Part shown: positions 54,162 to 64,000 of the stretch, one piece after another | Layout of the letters: each line of letters opens with the position of its first letter | Numbering within the stretch: the first letter of the stretch is position 1 | Assembly: GCA_012295275.1 (NCBI GenBank) | Contig: CM022671.1 | Location: forward strand, 17,112,001-17,176,000 | From: Chrysomallon squamiferum | Taxonomy: Eukaryota > Animalia > Mollusca | Reading direction: 5' to 3' | DNA: 64,000 bases | The notes under the pieces: generated by a model | The model's input: only the letters and a program-made list of their open reading frames with translations | What the model was told of the DNA's origin: nothing | Database searches by the model: none | Program-made: the position numbers and the translations under genes

Positions 54162-57100
54162 GTACTTATTATTTTGTGAACAAAGACAGGAACTGAAATA
54201 CAGTTTAACAAAACTAAATGGTTCTCGAAAATTTAATATTTGATGCTCATTTTCTTAAAATGTACATTAATCTCCATTAAGGAGTTCCCAGAGGAATATT
54301 TCATTGTTGGACGATATAAATAAATAACTGTATTTAATGATTTTACTTGGAACAACAATAACTTTAGCAGATGCTTAAATCCATCACATCATATAGCATA
54401 TTATAATTATTTTAAGGAACATATATACAGTTTGCAAAAAATACACGAGTACGAAGAAATCTTCTGTTAAATGGGGCAGAGGTGCAGTTTTAATGAGGTA
54501 TCACACAAATGGAAAAAAAAAAAAAAAAAAAAGGAAGAAAAGAAGAGATAATAACTACAAAACCCCATCAAAACAAGTAACGACAACAACAGTCTATCTT
54601 CAGACTGTCGTAACAAAGTTTGTGTCATTAACAATTAAACAGTAGGTTTACGAACCTTACCCAGTCTAGTAAAGGACAGACCATTTGCATTTGATATCAG
54701 CTCCATTTCATTGTAATTTGAAAAAAAAAAAAAAATGTTTCTATTATAGAAAAAACCCATCTGAATCATCTGATTAATTTAACATGTTTTCAGGACTAAA
54801 TCTGATACTGAACATAGACCAGGACGAGTACATTCCCTTCTTGACGTCAGGGGCCGGAGTTCGAGTGCGCATTCACGAGTTCTCGTCTGCCGCGTACATG
54901 CTGGAGCAAGGACAGTCGATTCCTGTCGGATTTGAAACATCAATCGGGATTCGGCCAGTAAGTTTATTTTTAATTTACAGGTTAGTTCTTAAGTGTCTGT
55001 CAATCACCATTTATATTAGTTATTTAATTTTCTTTTCACAATTATTTTTATTTTGTTTTTAATAAAAATTGTAGAATTTATAATATGCTGTTTTATACAC
55101 ATATGAAAACAGTTATTCAAGTCGTTATTTCTTACATTTGAGATATATAACAAAATATAATAATAATGGAGAGAAAAATAAAATAAAAAAAGGAAGTCAT
55201 TTTAAATATTTTAATTACGTAAAAGTTCAGTATTCAGTTTGGAGAATATTGAAATAATTAACTAAAATCTGAACAGCAAATTAAACATAAATACTTATGA
55301 ATACTTGTACGTATCTAATTTATATTTTTATATTACTTTCATGTATATTATTTGATAATAATATATACATATTTTATTTGCCTTGCAAAACAAAAGGCTG
55401 AAAACAAAAGTAGCAGAGAATGTTTAATTGATACGCTTATTCATTGTTCATTTTCTTTTCCATAAGGAGCTTTTGAATAATCGTATTTAATTCAGATGGA
55501 TACTGTAATAAAAACATTTATTTTTTATTTTTAAGAAGCATGTAAATATATCAAATATCTTAACACAGTTAAAACATTGCATACTAGAGAAACTATAGAT
55601 GCATAATGAGATAACAGATATGTCAATGCAACATCTTACGCAACAAAATTAACAGAACTAAAAATTGTTTAAAAATAATAAGCTAGGGTTAGAATTAATA
55701 TTGGTAGTGTTAATTATTGGCATTATTATAAATATTATACAACACATTTTGAGACAATAGCTTTTTGTAAGCTGTCAGTATGTTTCCAGATGTTTTTGTT
55801 TTATGACACAAATTTAGAAATTGTATTTTCCCTTTAATAACCGCATTTGCAGAGTGCACAATTCAAGAACAGTCCTCATTACAAAACTCACAGTTAAAAC
55901 GACACTATATTTTAATCTTCGTTATTTAAAATAAAATGGTTGTGAAATTTTCAGGTTGTGTCAATCAAAATGTCAGCTCCGTTTAGTGACTGTGATCCTG
56001 CAGAAACGTTTAGTGACATTTTGGTAAGCCGTCGTTTGAAAATAAACTGAATTCTGTAAAATCTTAAAACTGGTGTAAGACTTTTTCTTAACTGCAAGAT
56101 ATTTATTTATTTATTTATTTATTTATCTATCTATCTTCATCAACATCATCACAATCATCATCATCGTCATAATTATTATCATCATCATCATTATCATTAT
56201 TGTTGTTGTAATTTTAACATTAGAAATTCAGAAATAACTCCGACCGTTTTTATTGATTGATTAAAATATTTATTATAATTATTTATAATAAATTGATATG
56301 TATTTATTTATTATGCAGTAGTTATTTAAAATGCTTATACTGTCTTATTTCTCTATTTAAAATATGTATAATTCTTCTTTTTTAAAAAATATTTTTATTT
56401 AGTGATCTCAAAAACAATGCATACAAGAAGTTATGTGTATTAATATATATATATATATATAATTTTTTTTTTTTTTTTTTTTTAATATATTTTATTTAGG
56501 GATGTCAAAGAGAATGCGTGGAGAAAGCTATATCTACACAGTGTATATGTTCCAGACAGGCAATTTACGAAACTATTTACGACTTCGATGAAGATGATTT
56601 TTACTCATCGGGTCCAATACGACCATGTGACAGAGGAGGTTTGTTCATGTATCTTTACACACCCTGTCTCCTCTACATCACTAGACATAAACACATATCA
56701 TAAACAGGTTCACTTAGCAGTAGCCAATCTTGTTTCTTTTCTGTACTGTTACGGCTACTATTACTACTATTATCACTACTATTATTACTACTATTATTAC
56801 TACTATTATTATACTATTATTATGGCTACTATTACAAGTGCTATTACTACTATTATTACGGCTACTATTACTACTACTACTATTACTACAATGTCAACAA
56901 CAACTACCACACCACTACTATAACTACAGTTGTTACTACTACAGTTACTTACTACTAATAACAGTAATACTAATACTACTACTAATAATTAATACTACTA
57001 CTACAGATATTGCTACATCAGTACTGATTAAGTAATAGTGCTCTAACTATTACTCTACAGCAACAACTACTACTGCCACTATTTCGATTATACTATAACT

Positions 57101-57751
57101 GTTACAACAACTACTACTACTTTATATTACACTATTACTACAGCAACTACCACTCTGTTACAACAACTGCTACTGCTACTCGTACTACTATTATTACAAC
57201 CACAACAACTACTTTGAATCTACGTTTGTTGCTACTACTCTACAACTACTACAACAACTCTACTGCAGTGACGACTTGCTATTACTACTACTACTACTAT
57301 ATTATTACGTATAACGACCACTGTTACTGATAATAAAATTATGAAAGTATCTAACGTTTTATTCAGATATAAAATGTATAAAAGAGGTCATGAGAATGAA
57401 ACAAACAGGACATCTGTTGTGCGCCGATTGCAGGCACCCATGCAGGTACATTTTTAATTATTTACACACACATCATCATCATTATCATCAACATCCCTCA
57501 CCATGAACGGCATAATATTCATTATTTTTAATATCATTATTGTAATCATTGTTTTCATCATCATAATGTTCATCGCTGTTGTTGCAGCTGTTGTTGTCTT
57601 TATTGTAGAAAACACACATATGAGATGACAATGTCAATGACGCAGTACCCGTCTTCAAATTATGACCCTGTACTGCAGTATCTGCTTTCACAGAAAAAAG
57701 ACAAACCTTTGTATTCTCAAACAGACACCAGGTAGAGTGGTCTTCTCTTTA

Positions 57752-57788
<37 letters not shown>

Positions 57789-58726
57789 TGTATCTGTGTG
57801 TGTGTGTGTGTGTGTGCGTGCGTGTTTAAAATGAAGTAACATCAAAAATAAAATGTTTTGTTTTGAAGACACTATCAGCATAGGCTATTGCGGATCCTGT
57901 TAAGAATTTTTATTAATTCATTTATACCTTATTTTGTCTATTATCATCATAATACTTACACGCCCCGTTTTGTCTATCGTAATATCTCTATTAAATTTAT
58001 CATATTATCTAGATACTCTATTTTATCTATCATAATATCTATATGCCCTATTTTTTTTTTATCCTTATAATATTTTGTCTGTCATAAAAATCAACATGCC
58101 CTGTCTTGTTTATTTTCATATTACATGCCATCTTTTGTTCACTTCATAATATCTACATGTCTATTTTGTCTATCATTGTAACTGTAATCTTCCAGCTAGA
58201 AGAGTCTTACAAGACTGTTTATGACAGTTTTGATCAGCACCTATTCATCAGTAGACTGAAACAAAATTTTTGTTTTTAAATTTTATGTGTTTCATGATAA
58301 GCCTTCAGAATAGAGTTGTACTATCTTCAGCTTCTCTGAGCAGTTATTTAAAAGTAACAATTTATTTGGTAGTCAGTGTGTATTATGTGATTTGCTGCAA
58401 AATATACATATATAAATTAATACGTTTAAAATTCTTGTTTTTACAGGAAAAACATTCTTTCATTGAAAGTCTACTTCACTGATCTTGAAGAAGAAATTAA
58501 GACGGAGGAGGAGGCCTATCCTGTATGTAATTTTATGTTTAAATGTGCTTGTTTAATGAAAGGAAACCAAAATTGCATGACACACAGACACATGAAAATA
58601 TTCACCTGGATTTTTAAATATTTCTAGTTAAAAATGTTTAGTTGGGTGCCTTCTTCTTCTTCTTCTTGTTATTGTTGTTACTACTGCTGTTATTAATTAT
58701 CATCATTATTATTATTAGTTGCTATT

Positions 58727-58797
<71 letters not shown>

Positions 58798-59047
58798 TAT
58801 TATTATTATTATTAAAACACATAAAAATATGCTTTGAAATGTTTTTGGAGTAAAACAGCCTCTCAGTTGTTTTTTTCTGTTACAGTTTGAAAACTTGCTG
58901 AGTGACATTGGAGGACAGCTTGGACTGTGGCTAGGAATTTCGATCATATCAATTTGTGAATGTTTTGAGCTGATATATTTAATATTTGCCAGCATGTTCA
59001 CTAAACGAAAATCTGAAGTTCAAACGTTTATTCCAGACAGACAGTGA
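47948..59047 (+). CDS. DEG/ENaC (amiloride-sensitive sodium channel / ASIC superfamily) subunit, 12 coding exons, about 487 aa
   Basis: Exons: 47948-48123, 49390-49570, 50176-50221, 50762-50903, 53330-53436, 54794-54957, 55955-56023, 56500-56638, 57367-57445, 57609-57731, 58447-58522, 58886-59047. Total 1464 nt, GT-AG, phases consistent. Motifs: FAENTSAHG (HG gate), TM1, FPSVTICNLNP, DCTFAGRVC, YGTCYQF, GLNLILNIDQDEY, GVRVRIH, Cys-rich thumb, LKVYF, LLSDIGGQLGLWLGISIISICE (TM2, GxS filter). Confidence 0.93.
49390..49570 (+). CDS. DEG/ENaC exon 2
   Basis: RPVTPTTVVQSKPLIFPSVTICNLNP...FPDNL|gtaagt. Confidence 0.92.
50176..50221 (+). CDS. DEG/ENaC exon 3 (small finger-region exon)
   Basis: ttttacag|ILVTDNSEPEIGNSS|gtaagt; supplies the required phase 0 to 1 change. 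A same-phase alternative donor follows 50209. Confidence 0.75.
50762..50903 (+). CDS. DEG/ENaC exon 4
   Basis: QDLLDEYAEEFMMRFNAGGDNLTSFLSQPLEEFLVDCTFAGRVCSL|gtaagt. Confidence 0.9.
51185..51285 (+). mobile_element. Fragment of a dispersed SINE-like repeat; related copies at about 2400-2480 (reverse), 28960-29060 and 30070-30165
   Basis: Shared core tttcctgt(t/c)(c/t)at(g/a)gga...aaag(a)tcc(c)ttgctgcta...gcagcg(a/g)gtttc seen in four diverged copies. The SINE class is inferred. Confidence 0.5.
51630..51985 (+). mobile_element. Internally deleted hAT (Buster/Charlie-like) DNA transposon fragment
   Basis: Peptide GNLDMFPLL...HLTALDESVNNYFPSLKTEKYDLIRDPF resembles the HL..L...F..YFP...W/LIR.PF segment of Buster/Charlie/ZBED5-type transposases. 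It is followed by gggtgtgccgttggcaaaaaaagattgaga, resembling a Charlie-type right end. Recognised from memory, not searched. Confidence 0.65.
51983..52470 (+). repeat. Degenerate interstitial telomeric-type (TTAGGG)n array in channel intron 4
   Basis: Many ggttag/gggtta units interspersed with variants (tcagtg, ttttag, ttaagg). Confidence 0.88.
53330..53436 (+). CDS. DEG/ENaC exon 5
   Basis: DFQRLNNFDYGTCYQFPNREVYNNGILFHNAGSVF|gtaagt. Confidence 0.9.
54794..54957 (+). CDS. DEG/ENaC exon 6
   Basis: GLNLILNIDQDEYIPFLTSGAGVRVRIHEFSSAAYMLEQGQSIPVGFETSIGIRP|gtaagt. Confidence 0.93.
55955..56023 (+). CDS. DEG/ENaC exon 7
   Basis: tttcag|VVSIKMSAPFSDCDPAETFSDIL|gtaagc (PY/FxxC motif). Confidence 0.88.
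56500..56638 (+). CDS. DEG/ENaC exon 8 (Cys-rich thumb)
   Basis: GCQRECVEKAISTQCICSRQAIYETIYDFDEDDFYSSGPIRPCDRG. Confidence 0.88.
57367..57445 (+). CDS. DEG/ENaC exon 9
   Basis: DIKCIKEVMRMKQTGHLLCADCRHPC, 79 nt. Confidence 0.9.
57609..57731 (+). CDS. DEG/ENaC exon 10
   Basis: KHTYEMTMSMTQYPSSNYDPVLQYLLSQKKDKPLYSQTDT. Confidence 0.87.
57920..58180. repeat. Degenerate about 30-bp minisatellite in channel intron 10
   Basis: Variants of ataatatctacatgccctattttgtctatc. Confidence 0.7.
58447..58522 (+). CDS. DEG/ENaC exon 11
   Basis: KNILSLKVYFTDLEEEIKTEEEAYP, 76 nt. Confidence 0.92.
58886..59047 (+). CDS. DEG/ENaC exon 12 (TM2, C-terminus)
   Basis: FENLLSDIGGQLGLWLGISIISICECFELIYLIFASMFTKRKSEVQTFIPDRQ-TGA. 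Confidence 0.94.
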   Translation, partial: FENLLSDIGGQLGLWLGISIISICECFELIYLIFASMFTKRKSEVQTFIPDRQ

Positions 59048-59137
59048 AAGAAAACAATGGCAAAGAAAAAAGAAAACAATAAAAAAAAAAAATAAAAAAA
59101 AAAGCAAAGAATTAGCAAAAAATGATAATAAAAAAAA

Positions 59138-59180
<43 letters not shown>

Positions 59181-59817
59181 AATCAAAGTAAATCAAAAAG
59201 ATATCATTTAAAAATCTTTAATATTTGGTATTTTCTAAAATAAATCTGTGCTTGAATAATGTTATTTTTAATGAATTTTCAAACAGATGCAATTTCCACA
59301 TTTACAATATTTTTATAAGAACCCATTATATTGAACTTGTTGAATCTTTTAATGTCTTTATATATCTATATCTGTATCTATATAGAAAAATAGACAGAGA
59401 GAGACAGTATAAAGCACATGTTAGCTAGTGCATGAAATTTTGTTGTTTGAAAAATTTGATAATTTAATTACTGAAGCAAATTCATGTAGACTATACGACT
59501 ATCACTGCATAAATCAGTTTCATTTCCTACTTCTCTGAAGTTAGAGAAGTCTTTGCTCTCTGCCTTTCAAACAACAAAACATTTCCCTAACTTAAATAAC
59601 TGATATAAAACAAAAACATAACAAACAACTACAACTCAGTGCTTTTTGTTTTTATTACAATTAAAACTAATAAAAACAACAAACAGCTACATAATATTTC
59701 ATTGTTTATGAGATAATCGCTTTTTTTCTGATATGAATGATATAAATAAATAAAACTTGTAAATGAATTAATTATTAAGAAACAAAATAACTGTCCACTA
59801 TAGTGAATAGATGGTAG

Positions 59818-59848
<31 letters not shown>

Positions 59849-60610
59849 AAAACATGCACAGTATTTTGTAGTGTGGGAATTTATGGTATGTGAAGTTACA
59901 TAAACAGGTGGTCATTTATTTGGAAATGAAAATACATGACAAAGCTTAGCTTCAGTAATGAAAACAATGATCTTGTGTATCATTTAATAAAAAAGTTATT
60001 TATAATAACATTAAATAAAATTATGAAGCATCTATTCAGATGATTTGTATTTGTAAAATACATTTGTTTATTATAAAGCTTTCCCCAGAAGAAATGCAAT
60101 ATATAAAACTATATAAAAATGTATAATAAAGCTTACTAATAAAATTTAAATAAATTATGAATATCAAGTCCAGTCATTAAGAATGTGTACTAATTGAACT
60201 AGTAATTAGTGTTGAAAATTTTCAAATATTTGCCCAAATGTCATGTTTTTTATTTGGCACATTTTATTCAATGAATATTTGTCATTTTATTTAGCCTCAA
60301 GAATTCTGAGATTTTCAAAATAATCTATTAAATATTATTAATTTTTACTGGAGAATGTGATTTTATTAGGCATTGCTTTGTTAAAAATACAGGAATGGTT
60401 TTAATGTAATGTTGAATCCAGCCACAAAATGACGAATTCAGAAGCTTTTATATTTTCCTCATGTGTGAATTTTGTATTTTTAATAAGACACTTAGACTTT
60501 TGTTAAATGTTTATGTTGTAAATTTTTCATTGTAGAACTTGTATTTCTCTTCATACATGTGTGTGTTTATATATACATCATTATATTTATGTATGTATCT
60601 ATGGGTGTAA

Positions 60611-60657
<47 letters not shown>

Positions 60658-62617
60658 TGTGTTTTTCAGTGTGTGTGTGTGTGCATGTGTGGAGTATTTT
60701 CAAAATTAAAGCTGATACAATTATTATTTTGGAATGGCAGACTTTTCAGATAACATTTTAAGGAAACATCTAATGATTATAATGTAGATGAAATAAGAAA
60801 AGATTTTAAAAATTCTAAATATTTTTCTTCACTTAAAATTGAAAGCGACATCAAAAGCAAATTAGAAGGCAAATTAACAATCATTGCACCTTGCAATATA
60901 CAGTAATTAAAAAAATCATTTTAATAAAATAATCCTCATTTATGGCAAAATAAATCCACACCTACATAAAAAAAATCAAGTGTTTTGCTGACAAGCAAAT
61001 GTCAAAGTGGAATGTTGTAAAGCCAAGATAACTATACATAAAAATATCTCTTTACCCTGTGAAGTTTGCAGATAATAAATAAATAAATAAATAATCAATA
61101 AATAATAGAAAAATAATAATAATAATAAGAAGAAGAAGAAGAAGAAAAAAAAAAGGTAAATATAATGTAAATGAATTAACAAAAAACAAAACTACTGTAA
61201 ATATTACTGTTATTATAATGACAAAAGTATGGTTGTTTTTTTTCTTCTCAAAAATATAAAAAATAAATAAATAAATAAATAAAAATAAATAGAAACAAAT
61301 TAAAATAAAAACAGATGACAAGAAAGGAACTCTATAAGCAGATTTGCTAGTTACTTTAAACAAGGGAATGATATTACAACAGGAATACAAGACCAGGTAA
61401 TTCTACAATATCTAACAACAATTAGACACATTTAACAATATTAACTACTTTCAGTTCATAACTGGCTACTTATTACGATTAAAGCAACATATACATGTAA
61501 AAACAAGTTATAAATAATAATAATTAAATATTTATAATTTTGTCTTTCAGTTAAAAAATACACTTTGTCCAAATTCGTGACTGAAAAACATTAAGTGTAC
61601 ACTGCATATGCATCATCATCTTTATTATTATATGTTTTAATTTCTATTTCCAAAATGCATATTGTTCATGACGTATGTTTACCTTCAATATATCTATATA
61701 AATCTCTTTTAATATAATTTTGCTATAAAGAGTTAAAAAAATATAAATAAAATCAGTATAGTTATAACACTAACACACTACATATAAATTATTTTTAAAA
61801 ACTGTGGACCTGTCCCAAACAACCAGCTAAAAAAACAACACACAACTAAAACAAATTAATTAAAAAAAACAAAAACAAAAAAAATTCAAGTTAAAAAAAT
61901 ATATAAAATAATCCCCAGTATAATTATTTGCTGTTAAACACAATGATATACATTTTTTTTTTTTTTTTTTCATCTTCAGTCTCTTAACATCAATAAATTA
62001 TTAAAAAAAAATAAATAAATAAATAAATAAAAAATAAAAATTTATGAAATATAAAATAAAATAAATAAATATAATATTATTGCATAATAAGAATAAATGC
62101 TAATCTATTAGAATTTATAACTGATAACACAGCCTTTGGATTTACGATATAAAAAAAACAGTAAATGCAATGTTTGTATGACAATAAAAATGTATATATT
62201 AAAGAGAAAACTACTGTAAAATGTACAGATCCGCAACCACAAATTATAACTAAACAAATACAGAAGAACGTGACACATTATATATGTGCATTTTAAAACA
62301 TGTGAAACATAATGGTATTTTTTTATTTCAGATTACACATGTACATTATGGACAAATAACGCATGGGTTTATTAATAAACAAAACAAAATATAAATTTTC
62401 TTTGTTCTTCTTTAATTTTTATTAAAATAAAATAAAACAAAATAAAATAGCTATAACCTGACGATATCATTTGACATTATTATTGCATTGCTAAGTTATT
62501 ATAAAATCTACACAGAAAGATTTATTTGATGAATAAGAAAATAATAAAACAACATTACATTTTTGAATTTTGATTTTGGACATTTGATATCATAATTGCA
62601 TTGCTATTTTATAAGAA

Positions 62618-62648
<31 letters not shown>

Positions 62649-64000
62649 TCCCTTGTTAACATTATTTCCCTCTAAAAATTCATTTCATGTGGGTTTCCTG
62701 ATTGATATATGATTTGTCAATGCAAGTAATGTTCTGAAGATGTTCAATACAAAATGAAATTTGACTACAATATTTCTACAAATTATAAAATTTCTAAGTA
62801 CATCGAACACATACAAAGCTGATTAAGCTCTAAAAAAAAAAAAAAAAATTTAATTTAAATCGTAGATTAGTTACATGATAGTTTTTTTTTTTAAGTCATG
62901 GTTAACTCTAAAAGTAAAAGGCAAATTTAAAAGTAAGTATAATATTATGAATAAATGGTTAATGTACATTTTGTGTACTTCTAAGTTACTGTTCAAGATA
63001 TATTTATTATTTTTGTTAATAATAAAGTTATAACAATAAAATAATATTATTAGGGGAATCAGCAAGGCACATAATTACATTTTATTTTATTGAGACAGTG
63101 TAAATCAAAATATTATTTAATATTATATAAAATAAAACCTTCGTAGATGGAAGCACTCACTAATAAAAAAAACCTATCCTCAATCTGTTAGGGATTTTTG
63201 TGTTTTTCATTTTCTCTAAAATTAAAAGAATAATAAAATAAATAAATAAATAAATAAAAAAGTAATAATACTAATAATAATGATAATAAAAAATATGTAA
63301 CATGTAGCCTCATTTTGTTAATATAAATTTGTATATTTTAGAGCTATACTTTATTATCAGCAAATACTGAATACAACAACACAGTAATATGGAAAAGTGA
63401 AGAGATCTCAATTATTTAGCCTGTGTGTAATCTCTCTCTACAGGTTCACTTATTAACATGTTAATCAAATAAAACTGTTATGAGTCACCACTATAAAATA
63501 TACACATAGGCATTAGGTGTCTTTATAATAATCAGCTAATTAGTACAATAAATATATTTTTGTCAATAAAATGTAGGTTTACTAAGACACATTTTTTCAG
63601 TATTTTAACACAGCTATTCTCATGACATGGTGAACCTATATAATAAGAATAACTAACAGTTGTTTGTTTTATAAGATTTCTCAAATGAATTAAACATTTT
63701 GGTTGAGATGGAAGAAACACGAAGGGACGTAACTCTTGACAGACACATTTTATTACATAATGAATGGATGAGAACTGAACTGATGATGAGTTTCAGAACA
63801 AACCCTGTGATGATTTGAACATGACTTGTTTTATGGCGAATATCTTTATGATTTAAGTATTTGCTTCTTATCCATTAATTTACTTATAATAATTTGGTGG
63901 GACCAGTCTCAATCTGAGAAAGAATATCATAGATGTATGTCAAAGTGAAAACTTGTTTGTCAAAACCAAAGGTCAGTATAAAATCAGCAGCATCATTCTT

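Noticed and set aside
59050-64000. Search for a further gene, tRNA or rRNA at the window end
   Set aside because: AT-rich sequence with no recognisable exon or structured RNA; probably 3' UTR or intergenic

Overview
This is very AT-rich, microsatellite-dense animal genomic DNA; a mollusc is my inference from the TTAGGG repeats and the protein types. I built two complete multi-exon genes by hand, with GT-AG sites and consistent phases. (1) A 13-coding-exon serotonin-transporter-like SLC6 gene on the minus strand (39089->18202, 607 aa). (2) A 12-exon DEG/ENaC channel on the plus strand (47948->59047, 487 aa), head-to-head with the transporter across about 8.9 kb. A GC-rich 273-codon orphan ORF (11075->10254) carries calcineurin-docking-like motifs. 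The most unusual signals are: tandem amplification of the transporter's own exon/intron junctions (decoy splice-site arrays of different ages), a natural Thr at the position of human SERT S438, a hAT transposase fragment embedded in degenerate telomeric repeats inside a channel intron, and a near-perfect intronic foldback. Most other ORFs in the track are microsatellite artefacts. No searches were run; family assignments rest on recalled motifs.
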